Counted from the stretch's first letter, positions 27,081 through 41,646 are shown. The stretch: 64,000 nt of DNA from Octopus vulgaris (GCA_951406725.2 OX597825.1:81654001-81718000); one strand, 5' to 3'. A program made the numbers and translations. Notes: generated by a model not told the origin, from the sequence alone.

Positions 27081-27467
27081 ATATATTATTATTTAAAAAA
27101 AAATTTTTTTATCTTTCTTCAAGAATTGAAATGAAATAATTGTAAAATGTTTTAAATTATATAATTCGAAACATCAGATCGTAGAATATTAAAGAATATT
27201 GTTCTTTTGCTTTGAAGGAAATAGTTATGCGTTTCTTAGAAGAAATCAATATATCGAACTGTTAAATGAATTTTAATTTTAACGAATTTTAATGATTCCT
27301 TAAATTCGACTCTTACCAATAAATTCAGTAATTTTATTTAATACTAGCAAATTACCCGTCACATGATGGTTGATTTTAGACGTCATTTTTGCTCCCATGG
27401 GTAATTTGATAAAAGTTAACGGACACCAACGACAATAAGAAAATAAGAACTTCATTTTAATGTCGTA

Positions 27468-27640
27468 AGTGTGGCTGTGTGGTAAGAAGGCTGCTTCCCA
27501 ACCACGTGGTTCCGGGTTCAGTCCCACTGTGTGGTAAGAAGCTTGCTTACCAACCACATGGTTCCGGGTTCAGTCCCAATGCGTGGCAGCTTTGTTAACT
27601 GTCTCTACTATAACCTCGGACTGACGGAGTCCTTGTATTT
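27468..27640 (+). mobile_element. SINE family B head with ~52-bp tandem duplication
   Basis: CTGTGTGGTAAGAAG..GGTTCCGGGTTCAGTCCCA occurs twice in tandem. Confidence 0.85.
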
Positions 27641-27709
27641 ACTTATCCTACGTTTTGTGTTCAAATCTCGTTGGAATAGCTTTTCGTTTTCATTTTCTGA
27701 AGCACTCCG

Positions 27710-27993
27710 TCGGGGTCGATAAATTAAGTACCAGTTACGCACTGGGGTCGATATAATCGACTTAATCCGTTTGTCTGTCCGTGTTTGTCCTCTCTGTGTT
27801 TAGCTCCTTGTGGGTAGTAAAGAAATAGGTATTTCGTCTGCCGCTACGTTCTGAGTTCAAATTCCGCCGAGGTCGACTTTGCCTTTCATCCTTTCGGGGT
27901 CGATAAATTTAGTACCAGTTGAGTACTGGGGTCGATATAATCGACTGGCCCCCTCTCCCAAAATTTCGGGCCTTGAGCCTAGAGTAGAAAAGA
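27710..27993 (+). mobile_element. SINE family A (5'-truncated dimeric form)
   Basis: Body, linker, second B box, body and 3' end. Confidence 0.9.
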
Positions 27994-28033
27994 ACATATT
28001 ATGATTGATATAATCGATATATATATGTATACA

Positions 28034-28197
28034 CACGATGGGCTTCTTTCAGTTTCCGTCTACCAAATCCACTCACAAGGCTTTGGTCGGCCCGAGGCTA
28101 TAGTAGAAGACAGTTGCCCGACGTGCAATGCAGTAGAACTGAACCCGGAACCATGTGGTTGGTGAGCAAGCTTCTTACCACACAGCCACGTCTGTGC
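28034..28197 (-). mobile_element. SINE family B, 5' half
   Basis: Reverse complement of the family B head. Confidence 0.9.
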
Positions 28198-28210
28198 CTA
28201 TTTGCCAATA

Positions 28211-28241
<31 letters not shown>

Positions 28242-28504
28242 GTGTTGTGAAATAACACCACACCCTCTTCGTGAATCTCGGTATATCTTGGTCGGTTTTG
28301 ATTAATGAATGAAAGACACTTTAATCCGGCGATTACCAGTCGATCTCGCGTTTCCGTAATCCTGTTTATTGTTGTCATCAACTGCCACACCCTGACCAAT
28401 CAGTCAACGAAAACCAAATGACAAAAATCAACGAAAATTTCTCAACCCCACTGCTGCTGCTCCTCTCCTCCTCTCCTCCTCCTCCTCCTCTCCTCCTCCT
28501 CCTC

Positions 28505-28545
<41 letters not shown>

Positions 28546-28610
28546 GTTGCTACTGCTACTAATGTTATTGCTGCTACTGATACTAATAACAACTACAACA
28601 CCACTGCTAA

Positions 28611-28671
<61 letters not shown>

Positions 28672-28713
28672 AATAATAATATTAATAATAATAAAAATAA
28701 TAATAATAATAAT

Positions 28714-28858
28714 CCTTTCTCTTATAGGCACAAGGCCTGAAATTTGCGGGGACGGGGTAAGTCAATTACATCGACTCCAGTGCGTAACTGATACTTAATT
28801 TCCTTACCCCGAAAGGATGAAAGGTAAAGTCGACCACGGCAGAATTTGAACGCAGAAC
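28714..28858 (-). mobile_element. SINE family A 3' part next to an (AAT)n tract
   Basis: GGCACAAGGCCTGAAATTT..CCCCGAAAGGATGAAAGG. Confidence 0.85.
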
Positions 28859-28974
28859 GATTTGGGTAGGGAGGGTTAAACAGCAATGTCACCACCACCA
28901 TCACCGCCACCCCACAACTACTACTAATATTACAGTATATCATCACTATCGTCTCAACTAGATTATGGTCTGTG

Positions 28975-29006
<32 letters not shown>

Positions 29007-29076
29007 TATATGTATATATATATGTATATATATATATTTATATACATATATGTATATATATATATGTATATATACA

Positions 29077-29114
<38 letters not shown>

Positions 29115-29263
29115 TGTATATATACATATATATGTATATATATATATCTGTGTATATATATACACACGTATATATATATATATATACATATATATGTATA
29201 CATATATACATATACATATATGTATGTATATACATATATGCCTGTGTATACATACACACACAG

Positions 29264-29296
<33 letters not shown>

Positions 29297-29329
29297 CATA
29301 TATATGTATATGCATATGCATGTATATGC

Positions 29330-29360
<31 letters not shown>

Positions 29361-29420
29361 AATATATACACGTATATATATATATACACATATATACATA
29401 TATACACATGTATGTATGTA

Positions 29421-29478
<58 letters not shown>

Positions 29479-29660
29479 TATAGAGAGAGAGAGAGAGAGA
29501 GAGATCTTCCCTACCGTTTTCTTTCTTCTCCTTCCTTCTTATTCCTTTACTAAATTCTCTACCGTACTGGGTTTTTCTTCTTTCTTTTCCGCCCCATTAA
29601 CTCGTTTTCCATCTTCACCTTTCTATTTTTACCTTTCATTTTCTTCCTTTGATTCAAATG

Positions 29661-29695
<35 letters not shown>

Positions 29696-30139
29696 GTATG
29701 TCTGTCTGTCTGTCTGTCTGTCTTTCTGTCTGTCTCCAATTCTCTCCTTCTCTCTCTCTGTATATATATCTATATATATACACACACACACACAAAAATA
29801 TATATATATATACACCCATCTATCTATCATTTTTGCTTTTATTATTTTATTCCTTTTTTGATTTGTCCACATACACTTCTTACCTTCCAACTTTCTTTCC
29901 CCCCTTCTCTTTCTCCCTACATATCTATATCTACACACACACACGTTTTTATTTTTGACATATGCTCTTTTGTCCTTTTTTTTTTTTGTTCTTTTCCTAC
30001 GGAAACTCTTGTGTGTGGTGCAGCAGCTGTCCTCTATTTGTCCGTCACTGGCGTCGCTATCGTTCCGACCGCAATCAAACCGGAAACAACTGCTGTCAAT
30101 GACGTCATCATATACTCTCTCACACATACATGCATATAT

Positions 30140-30247
<108 letters not shown>

Positions 30248-30815
30248 GGAGAGAGAGAGAGAGAGATGTGGAGGTGCCAATTATTTATTTAATCTTTCAT
30301 TATTCACAACCAGCTTTATTCTTTGTAATCGGAATCAACCATAATTTCAATTAATCTTATTTAAAGAAAAAAATGAAAGGTGTTTTGTTACTTTTCGATC
30401 AATTAGGGATCGTAAAAGAGGCAGAAGACGATGATATATTCTGGGACGAGAACAGAACGTGTATCACAGAAATGTCATGGTGTAAATGTATAAGGAGGAA
30501 GCAGATAAGATTTATCCGTGGGGAGAAAAGCCTACGGAAAAGACCACGGTTACATCGGTCAATACTGTCACATGTTAACACATTTGTTTGCAAGTAAGTA
30601 ACCCTCTGTTTTAAAATTTTCCGGGTCGATGAGACTTCCTCGTTGCGTTACCGACGTCTCTCGATCCACCTCACACTTAAACACACACATATACAACACA
30701 CATGCATACACACATATGCACTCAACCCACCCTGCTTCGACACGTACTCTCTCACACATACTTGCATACATACATACATACATACATACATACATACATA
30801 CATACATACATACAT

Positions 30816-30850
<35 letters not shown>

Positions 30851-30852
30851 GG

Positions 30853-30892
<40 letters not shown>

Positions 30893-30909
30893 CAGGTAGA
30901 TAGATAGAT

Positions 30910-31260
<351 letters not shown>

Positions 31261-31380
31261 TACCTCGGAGACACCTCCTTCCTGCTTAGATACGTGTATA
31301 TATATAATGTGACCTCGTGTGTACCGTTGGCGATTTTTTTTCCCTCTGTCTTCCCTTCTCTGGATCTTACCTTCTCCTAT

Positions 31381-31415
31381 GTTTCCGACGAAGAGCTTCG
31401 CTCGAAATGTTAAAC
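31381..31415 (+). ncRNA. Hammerhead-like motif with CCGACGA core, probably in a short repeat (~31290-31500)
   Basis: GTTT-CCGACGA-A-GAGCttcGCTC-GAAA-TGTT-AAAC: stem I GTTT/AAAC, stem II GAGC/GCTC. Confidence 0.6.
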
Positions 31416-31513
31416 CCTCCTTCTTTCCTTCTTTCCTGAGCCTCCAATAATACTATATTTGTTCCACGTGATCGCGTTGTTGTGTTTTTTTGTGCTTTCT
31501 TGTATATATATTC

Positions 31514-32587
<1,074 letters not shown>

Positions 32588-33734
32588 GGTTCCATCTTTT
32601 GATTGCCAATTCCTTTTTTCTTCTCTTTCTCTTCGACGGCAAAAGTCTGCGATAAACTGGCATCCTTTATCTCGTTGGAATAAAAGAGAGAAAGAGAGGG
32701 AGAGAGAGAGGGAGAAAGAGAGAGAGAGAAAGAGGGAGGAGGCGGAGAATAGAGATGATGGCAAAGAAAAAGAATGACAACGCGTGAGATGCTTTTCATT
32801 GGCTTAAATGTGTGAAAGCTTGGAGTAATTTCCAGCGCGTCTCTGCTCACAAACTACGCAGGAGGTTTCTCAAAGGAATTCTGCGATGCAAGTTCCTGCT
32901 GAAATTAACTTCAAGCCAACAACCAACTGTCAATCCCTTACAATACTACCAGAGACCCAACATCACCAACACCACCACAATGCCATCACCACCACCGCCG
33001 CCGCCGCCGCCGCCGCTGCATTCGCTAGACGATCTCCACCTTAGATTTCGTGTTAGCTGAATCATGAGAAATAAACTAATGAATTTGTGTGTGAAATAAA
33101 CAAATTGTTTATGGGATTTGTTTTAATGATTGCCTCGGAATATAAATAGTAATTTCATATAGCAATAAAACTTAGCGTACAGCTTGTTGGTAATAAAACA
33201 AAACATTTTTATTTGATAATAAAATCTACTGCAGAGTATAGCATTTTAGTAATTAAGCGGCTATTTAATGCCAATGGAAAATTTACAATCTGTCTTCTTG
33301 GTACTACAAATGTCATCGTGTTGAGAAGATGACTTTCTTAGTATTACAAGTAATGACAGCCCGATTTTGATAGCAAACTTTACAGTACGGCTGGCTTGTT
33401 TTGTAATGCAATTAATTAGTTAAATTATATGCTATATAATGTATAGGGGGCGCTAAAATATTGCAGGAAGAATTTGAGCCAACTGACCGCTGGTTGTTAC
33501 TTGTTAATGCGGAAATAATTGTAAGTGTTCATACGTGCCTTGAAAATGTTTTAAAAGTACAGCCAGCCGTCACTCGCGAACGAGTATGACTTGCTAACAT
33601 GTACCATGGTTTCACTTATTGTTTTAAGTGCCTGTGTAGTCGCTAGCAGACATAGACGGCCCCGCTCGGCGCTCCCTCACGCTTTCGTTCTAGCAGTACA
33701 ACTTGGATTTGACAGCTAGATAGAGGTAAAAAAG

Positions 33735-33989
33735 GTAAAGGGTTTCTTTCTCGAGTCATACCGACTCGTAGGGGCCGGTTTCCCTCTTTCCATGGTGTAT
33801 ATATTCCTCCACCTGGATGGGACGCTAGTCCATCGCAGGATTACTCATTTTTGACAGCTGAGTGGACTGGAGAAACGTGAAATGAAGTGTTTTGCTCAAG
33901 AACACAACACATTGCCCGGTCCAGGTATTGAAACCATAATCTTGCGATCATGAGTCCAACACCCTAACCACTAATTCACATGCCTCCAC
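33735..33989 (-). mobile_element. SINE family C, near full length
   Basis: GCTGAGTGGACTGGAG..GTGAAATGAAGTGTTTTGCTCAAGAACACAAC..CCCTAACCACTA. Confidence 0.8.
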
Positions 33990-34010
33990 AGCTAGCTAAC
34001 TAGATTCACT

Positions 34011-34195
34011 ATGATTGATCGCTAGCCACTAAACCTTTTTTATGTTCTCTTTCTCTGCTTATTTCTGTGTTACTTTCTGTTGAAGAGCGTAGGCTCGAAA
34101 CGTACAAGATGTTCTCACCTTCCCGAGTGTTAAACTAATACATTTGTTTGTTGTTTTACACACTCGTCTTCGTCTTTATTTTTTTGTAAATCCAA
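34011..34195 (+). mobile_element. Hammerhead-bearing repeat H2 (motif at 34073-34108)
   Basis: CTTT-CTGTTGA-A-GAGCgtagGCTC-GAAA-CG-TA-CAAG; same flanks as the 16487 copy. Confidence 0.7.
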
Positions 34196-34324
34196 ACTAG
34201 ATAGATAAAGAGAGGGAGAGAGAGAGAGGGAGGGAGGAAGAGGGAGAGACAGTGAGAGAGGGAGAAAGGGAGAGAAAGAGACAAACAGACTACGGCACGG
34301 ACACCAGCACCACGCTGGTGCTAA

Positions 34325-34468
34325 TTTACTACGGAATAAACTGAAACGACGTGAAATGAAGTACCTCGTACAAAGACACCACCCGCTGCCTTCTCCAGGA
34401 ATTGAACTCGCGGCATTATGATCATAAGCAACAACACTTTTACCGCTAGACCGCCATGCATCTTCACA
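34325..34468 (-). mobile_element. SINE family C-like, diverged
   Basis: CGTGAAATGAAGTACCTCGTACAAAGACAC..CCAGGAATTGAACTC. Confidence 0.55.
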
Positions 34469-34799
34469 AATATTTCCAACTGTTCTTATAGAATAAACGA
34501 TTATATCATGGAATAACAGAATGTTCTTTCATAAGGACCTGCGGTGCAACAACATCAACAAAATTAATATCATTATTGACATTCGAGTTTTGAATCCTTC
34601 AGATAATTCTTGGGAAAAGGCATCAACGACACTACATCCATATTCCTTTCCAACTTATGCAAATGATTGCAGTGGCCGACGAACAGAAATCCTCCATATT
34701 TCGTCAGTTTGACTCTTTCCTTTTCTTTTCTTTTTCCCGCTTCTTTCTCTCACCTCTTCACTTCACATATCTCACATATGCATATACGTATGTGTATAT

Positions 34800-34854
<55 letters not shown>

Positions 34855-36677
34855 CATATACATATACATATATATATACACACACACATTTACACATGCA
34901 TATATGTGTGTGTGTGTGAATGTGTGTGTTTGTGTGTTTGTGTGTATGAGTGACATTCACACAGACACACACACACACATGCGCATGAATGCATATATAA
35001 CTGTATTCATCCATCTACTTTCACTTTCAGCTATCGTTTCTTTCTTTCTTTCACGCACTCCCCCTCCCTCCCCCTCTCTCTCTCTCCCGCTCTCTTAGTG
35101 CATGTCTATGCAGGTATGTATGTGCTTCTTTGTGTGCGTGTGTGCGTGTGTGTGTGCGTGTGAGTAACTATTCGTCTCTGATCTTTTCCTTCTTCTTCCA
35201 CCTCTTCTGTCTCATCTTCTCTCTCTCCCTTCCTCTTTACCTTTTCCCTTTATATCTTTTTCTTCTCTCAAATCCTCAACCTTTTATAGCATTCTCTCCG
35301 CTTAATCATCTCTCTCTCTCCTACCCCTCTTCTAATCCTCTCTACTTCACTCTATATCTCGTTTTCTTTCTCTCTATCTCGTTTTCTTTCTCTCTATCTC
35401 GTTTTCTTTCTCTCTATCTCTCTTTCTTCCTCTTCTCTCTCTCTCTCTCTCATTCTCTTTGATCTCTCTCTTGTCATCTTTCAGTTTTTCAATCTACTTA
35501 ACCGCTTCCCTCCCACTTTCTCTTTCTTTGGTCGTTACACACATACGCACACACACACACACACACGCACACACACGGGTATATACATACATGTACACGT
35601 TCTCTCTTTCCCTCGTGCTACACTCTCTCACTCATCTCTTCATTTTACTTTAATTCGTTTCTTTTCCAATATTCCCTCTCCTCTTCTTCCTCTTCTTCGT
35701 CATCTCCTCCTCCTCCCCCACTCTCCTTCTTGTTCTTGTTCTTCTTCATCTTCTTTCTCCTCCTTCTCTTCTTCCGCCTTATTCGTCATCTCCTTCTTTC
35801 TTCTCCTCCTCCTCCACTCTCCTTGTTGTTCTTGTTCTTCTTCATCATCATCTTCTTTCTTCTCCTTCTCTTCTTTCTTCCTTCTTATTCGTCCTCTCCC
35901 CCTCCTCCTCTTCCTCCTCCTCTTACTGCTATTTCTGCTTCTTCCGCTTTGTCTCCCTTTTTCCTTCTCCCTCACTTTTCCTCTCGCTCTTTTTTTTTCC
36001 TCTCCCCCCTCTCTCCCTCCCCTCACTCTCACCACCACCATCACCACCACCACCACCGCCACCACCATCGCTTCTTTATTTCCAGAACCGTCTCCAACAG
36101 AATGTGATTCATTGAGAACAAGAACAAGACACACAGAGCAGCGTTCGTAACTGCTGTGCCATCTTTTGAATTTCAATAACAAAGAAAGCTGAAAACCGAC
36201 TGATGTGATTTTCTGTCCTGCTGCCAACATGAGTAATATTCAGTTTGCCCAATTCCATATATATGGGAGCTGGCATTAATCTCTTTTACTCACGGGAACT
36301 GAGCCTCAATAGCGGTTATCAAACGAAGGATGAGATATTAGTCTTAGCTTGTCTAAGATGGCGGAAAACTAAAGGCTTTCTTTTATTTTATTTTCTTGTC
36401 TTTTTTTTTCTTTCCTCTCCATTTCTTTTTTTTTCTTTTTTTTTCTTCTGTTCTTCTTTTCTCTTCTGTTATATCTTTGCTTCTTTTAATAGGAGACATT
36501 TTAGCGTTCCGTGATGGAATAATTTCTAAAGGTTAGCAAGAAAATTAGCAAATGTCTGTGGTAATCTAATGGTGAAAGTTGTAATAGAGCAGAGTAAAAG
36601 AACTCGGTTCCTCTGATGAAGAGATTTCGGTTTCCAATCGTTTCAACAACAACAACAATAATAATAATAATTATGCT

Positions 36678-36863
36678 CCTTTCTTATTTTGGCACAAGGC
36701 CAGCAATTTTGAAGGGGTAGGACAGTCGATTACATCAGCCTCAGTATTCAACTGGTGGTTATTTTTTTTGACTTCGAAAAGATGAAAGGTAATGTCGACA
36801 GAAGACGGACGAAACGCCACTAAGTATTTTGTCCGGCTTGCTAACAGCTCTGTCATCTCACCA

Positions 36864-36930
<67 letters not shown>

Positions 36931-37114
36931 TTTTCTACTCTGGGCATAAGGCCCGAAACGTTTGAGGAAGGCGATAAGTCGATTACATCGACCCAAGTAC
37001 GCAACTGGGTACGCAATTTGAACTCAGAACGTAAAGACAGACGAAATACCGCGAAGCATTTCACCCAGCGTTCTAAAGTTTCCGCCAGATCACCGTCTTA
37101 ATAATTATAATAAT

Positions 37115-37204
<90 letters not shown>

Positions 37205-37397
37205 CTTTTCTATGTTAGACACAAGGGGTAAGTCGATTATATCGACCCCAGTGCGTAACTGGTACTTATTTAATCGAACCTGAAAGGATGAAAGGCAAAG
37301 TCGACCTCGATGGAATTTAAACTCAGAACGTAGCGGCAGACGAATTACCGCTAAGCATTTCGCCCGGCGTACTAACGATTCTGCCAGCTCGCCGCCT

Positions 37398-37444
<47 letters not shown>

Positions 37445-37670
37445 ATGATGATGATGATGATAATCCTTTCTACTATAGGCACAAGGCCTGCAATTTGGAG
37501 GCGGGAGTAGTCGATTTCATCGACCCAAGTGCGTAACTGGTACTTATTTTATCGACTCTTAAAGGATGAAAGGCATAGTCGACCTTGGCGGCGTTTGGAC
37601 GCAGGATGTAAAGCCGGACGAAATGCCCCTGAGCCTTTTTATCCGGCGTGTTTACGATTCGACGGCCTTA
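36678..37670 (-). mobile_element. Chain of four SINE family A copies separated by (TAA)n/(TAG)n tracts
   Basis: Copies at ~36678-36850, 36930-37100, 37205-37397 and 37464-37670, all on the minus strand. Confidence 0.85.
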
Positions 37671-38159
37671 ATAATAATTGCAATTCTTTCTAATTTTTGC
37701 ACAAGGCCAGTAATTTTAAAGGAAGCGGGTGAATGGATTATGTCATTCCAAGTACTTGATTGGTACTTTATTGGTACGTTATCTTATCAAACCCGGAGGA
37801 GTGAAAGGTAAATCTGACCTCAGAAGGGTAAGAGCTGGAAGGCTTAATATATATCTCTCAATGAAATAAAAAATACGTTATTTCTAACTTTTGGCGAAGT
37901 AAAAATTAAACCAACAATAAAAAAGAAGAAATATGAAAATATATCTGACGAGGGAATGGGTCGTTGTGATGTATCTGTGATGTGATGTGTACGGTCTTGT
38001 ACAGTAACTGGTTGATTATTACATGGAGTTAATTTGATAGAATTTATGGAATAAATAACGTTTTGACAATCGTAGACCAAGATCAGATTGTACACTTGAT
38101 CTAAGACCCAGTTTCAGTTATCAGTCATTGCCAGCAAATTTCCCTAGAACCAATTCCAC

Positions 38160-38318
38160 GCTTCAAAATTTCCCTTTAGCAGCTTATACCCTTCAAAATT
38201 TCCGTTCGACCTTTTATGCTCTTCAAAATTTCTTTTCAATCGCTTATATTCTTCAAAATATCCCTTCGGCTCTTTATACTCTTTAAAATTTCTGTGAAGC
38301 TTATATCCTTCAAAATCA
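38160..38318. repeat. 30-bp degenerate minisatellite (~5 units)
   Basis: CTTCAAAATTTC-like motif recurs at 38161, 38191, 38221, 38251, 38281 and 38308. Confidence 0.9.
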
Positions 38319-38742
38319 TACAAATATCGTTCTATCTCAATTTTTTTCATTAAATTTAAAGGTATCAGTCAATATATTTTATAAACCGAGCAATAGAACT
38401 CGTGTCTGAGGATGTGAACCATGTCTTCTATTACAGAATATCTTTATTCTGCAAGAGCAATTAAACTCAACTGCAGGCCAACGAAATCGACTTTTATAAT
38501 TAATATGATTATGAAACAGCTGTAAACTAATAGGGTAAACATCTCTATTTTCTCACTTCACGTTTGTTAACTGTTCAATTTATATACTTACTCTCCGCTA
38601 TTGTAAATCCTGGATTTTCGGAACTAAGGTTTATCCTAACCTTAAGCAGGGTCTTCTTTGTTAACCATAAACTTGGCAGAGACATTAATGTGAGTTCTGT
38701 TACGTTCTTTGAATCTCTGTTCTTACAATACATACATATATA

Positions 38743-38970
38743 CGGCGAGCTGGCAGAAACGTTAGTGCGCCGGGCGAAATGCTTAGCGGTATTTCGTCTG
38801 ACGTTACGTTCTGAGTTCAAATTCCGCCGAGGTAGACTTTGCCTTTCATCCTTTCGGGGTCGATAAATAAAGTACCAGTTTCGCACTGGGGTCGATGTAA
38901 TCGATTTAATCCCTTTGTCTGTCTTTGTTTGCCCCCTCTATGTTTAGCCCCTTGTGGATAGTAAAGAAAT
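38743..38970 (+). mobile_element. SINE family A
   Basis: Full head, body and linker. Confidence 0.9.
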
Positions 38971-39981
38971 ATATGCATACATATATACATACATACACAC
39001 ACACACATGCATACGTACATTTACGAGTATGTGTCTGTGTGGTATCGGCGTGAGGTGGCGTCAAATTAGTACGTGAAGCTAAAATATCTTATGATACTTC
39101 GATAGACCTCGGCTGTCTCCCCTTATGACTAGCCAAGCTCTCACCTTCCTGTGCGGAATAAAAGTTCATAAAACACATAATGAAACAGAAGGCAGCCATT
39201 GAAAGCAGTGATCCAGCATGGCCGTGCTCACAATCATTGTAGAACCCATATAGATGACATACTTTATCTACACCAGCTCTCACCCTTCGATAACGATAAG
39301 TCCCTTGGCGCAGTCACTGTACGTTGGCTCGCTTCAAGATTTGACTGAGAAAGAACTTAAATTTCCCCGACTACTTTCTCGAAACGTGGCTTTCTGGTTT
39401 AAGATATCTGAGCGTTATTTCACTGAGACAAAATTTGGTTGCTATATCTAGCGTTTGGAAGCAGCAGATGGAGACCGCTACAATGATTTCAGCCAACAGG
39501 GGAGACTCTAAAAGCCAAATGAAGCGTCACGTCAATATATTTCCCTGGTTTTGTGAGAAAAAACATCGCTAAATGCGGTCCGTGTTTTATTTGTAGAAAT
39601 CTTTTAATCGAATGAAAACTCAGTGCCGGACAATAAAAGGTGTTTCACAGCATGTCCACAGACACACAAACCCACACACTCACATGCACGCGGTTATATA
39701 TACACGTAAGAGCACACATATGAGCGTGTAGGCAGGGTCTTGTTGTTGTTGCTGTAGTTGTTGTTATTAGAAGCGGAGCGTAAATTCTTTGAGATACAAA
39801 TTTCTATAGATTAAAAAGTATTCTTGCTTACATAAGCATTGAACTACATTGTATATGCGTCTATATGTATATGAGCGTGTGGATGTGGGTATATATGTAT
39901 GTGTTTGTGTTGTGAATGGGTGCTTGTATGGGAGTGCGTTTGGGCGTGTAATTAAACATACAACCAGATATACATACATAT

Positions 39982-40032
<51 letters not shown>

Positions 40033-40397
40033 ATTATATATTATATTACATTGTACACATTAAGGATATGCATATAGTTATAAATAAACATATACATGCA
40101 TGTATGTATGCATCTATCCATGTATGTATGTATATATGTGTGTGTGTATGTATATATACATATATACACACAAAGAGAGAGAGAGAGAGAGAGAGAGAGA
40201 TAAAGATAGAGATAGATAGATAGATAGATAAAGAGACACACTTAGATATGACCACGCATATGTATGTATACAGTACCTGGTTATGAAAGCATACACATGC
40301 ATACGAACATATGTGTGTGTGTGTGTGAGTGTGTGTATTCACGTAAGTATAAGAAAGTGTGCATGTATATATAAATATAAAACACACACACACATGT

Positions 40398-40451
<54 letters not shown>

Positions 40452-40598
40452 TCATACATACACACGCATCCATACATATAAATATATATACATTTATATA
40501 TTTTTATGTATGGATGCGTATGAGTGTGTATATATATATATATACATATAAATATATAGGTATATATATATATTTATATACATGCATACAGAAACACT

Positions 40599-40649
<51 letters not shown>

Positions 40650-40919
40650 GAACATATATATACACAAACAGACATATGTGTGTTTGTGTTTGTGTGTGTG
40701 TATTTGTACGCATGCGTGTGCATATACAATGTCAGAATGATATCAATGGACAGTAGAGGCTGATCTATTGTTAGAATCATCATGATTTGATGGATCGATT
40801 CCTAAGGGAGGACAGGAAAAAAAATTGACCTTACCGTTCTCACTTCTCGCTCCGCTACATGTGGAGTTGCTGCTTTCACAAAAACTGAATGAGCTCAAAA
40901 GTAAATCCAACAATAAAAC

Positions 40920-40973
<54 letters not shown>

Positions 40974-41094
40974 CGACGAAACCGTGGAAAGAAGCAGAGA
41001 AACACAAGTAAAAGATTGTATATAAGATTCCATAGAAAATACATTTTATATATATGTATATATGTTTATATGTATATATGTATATATATATATA

Positions 41095-41157
<63 letters not shown>

Positions 41158-41228
41158 ATATATTATCTACCTATTCTTCTATCAGTCATATATATATATG
41201 CATGTATATGTACACATATATATGTATG

Positions 41229-41305
<77 letters not shown>

Positions 41306-41646
41306 TTATATATACATCATATACATGTATGTGTGGAGGGTGCAGAGGGTGTGTATACATATCTATACACTCACAAACACCGCAAGCACGCAACCGACCC
41401 CCCTCCACACATGTATCTATATATGCGTTCGCGTTTTTTATTTATTACACTTCCTCCGAAAAAGAGAGTGATGGTTTCTAACAAAGGAACAAAACTCCAT
41501 CATAGGAATTTGGTTTACAACGACGATAATTGATACATATCAAACTTTGAGAAAGTCTTGTATATTTTTATTCTTCCCCTTACATATTGCGTAGATGGCG
41601 TGCATGTTAACCTCTTCCTTTCTTTGCTAGAAATTCCTAGTTTTTG

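Noticed and set aside
36612-36640. CTGATGA hammerhead-like core
   Set aside because: No stem II followed by GAAA
38160-38318. CRISPR-like array
   Set aside because: Eukaryotic context; units are homologous throughout, with no unique spacers and no cas genes
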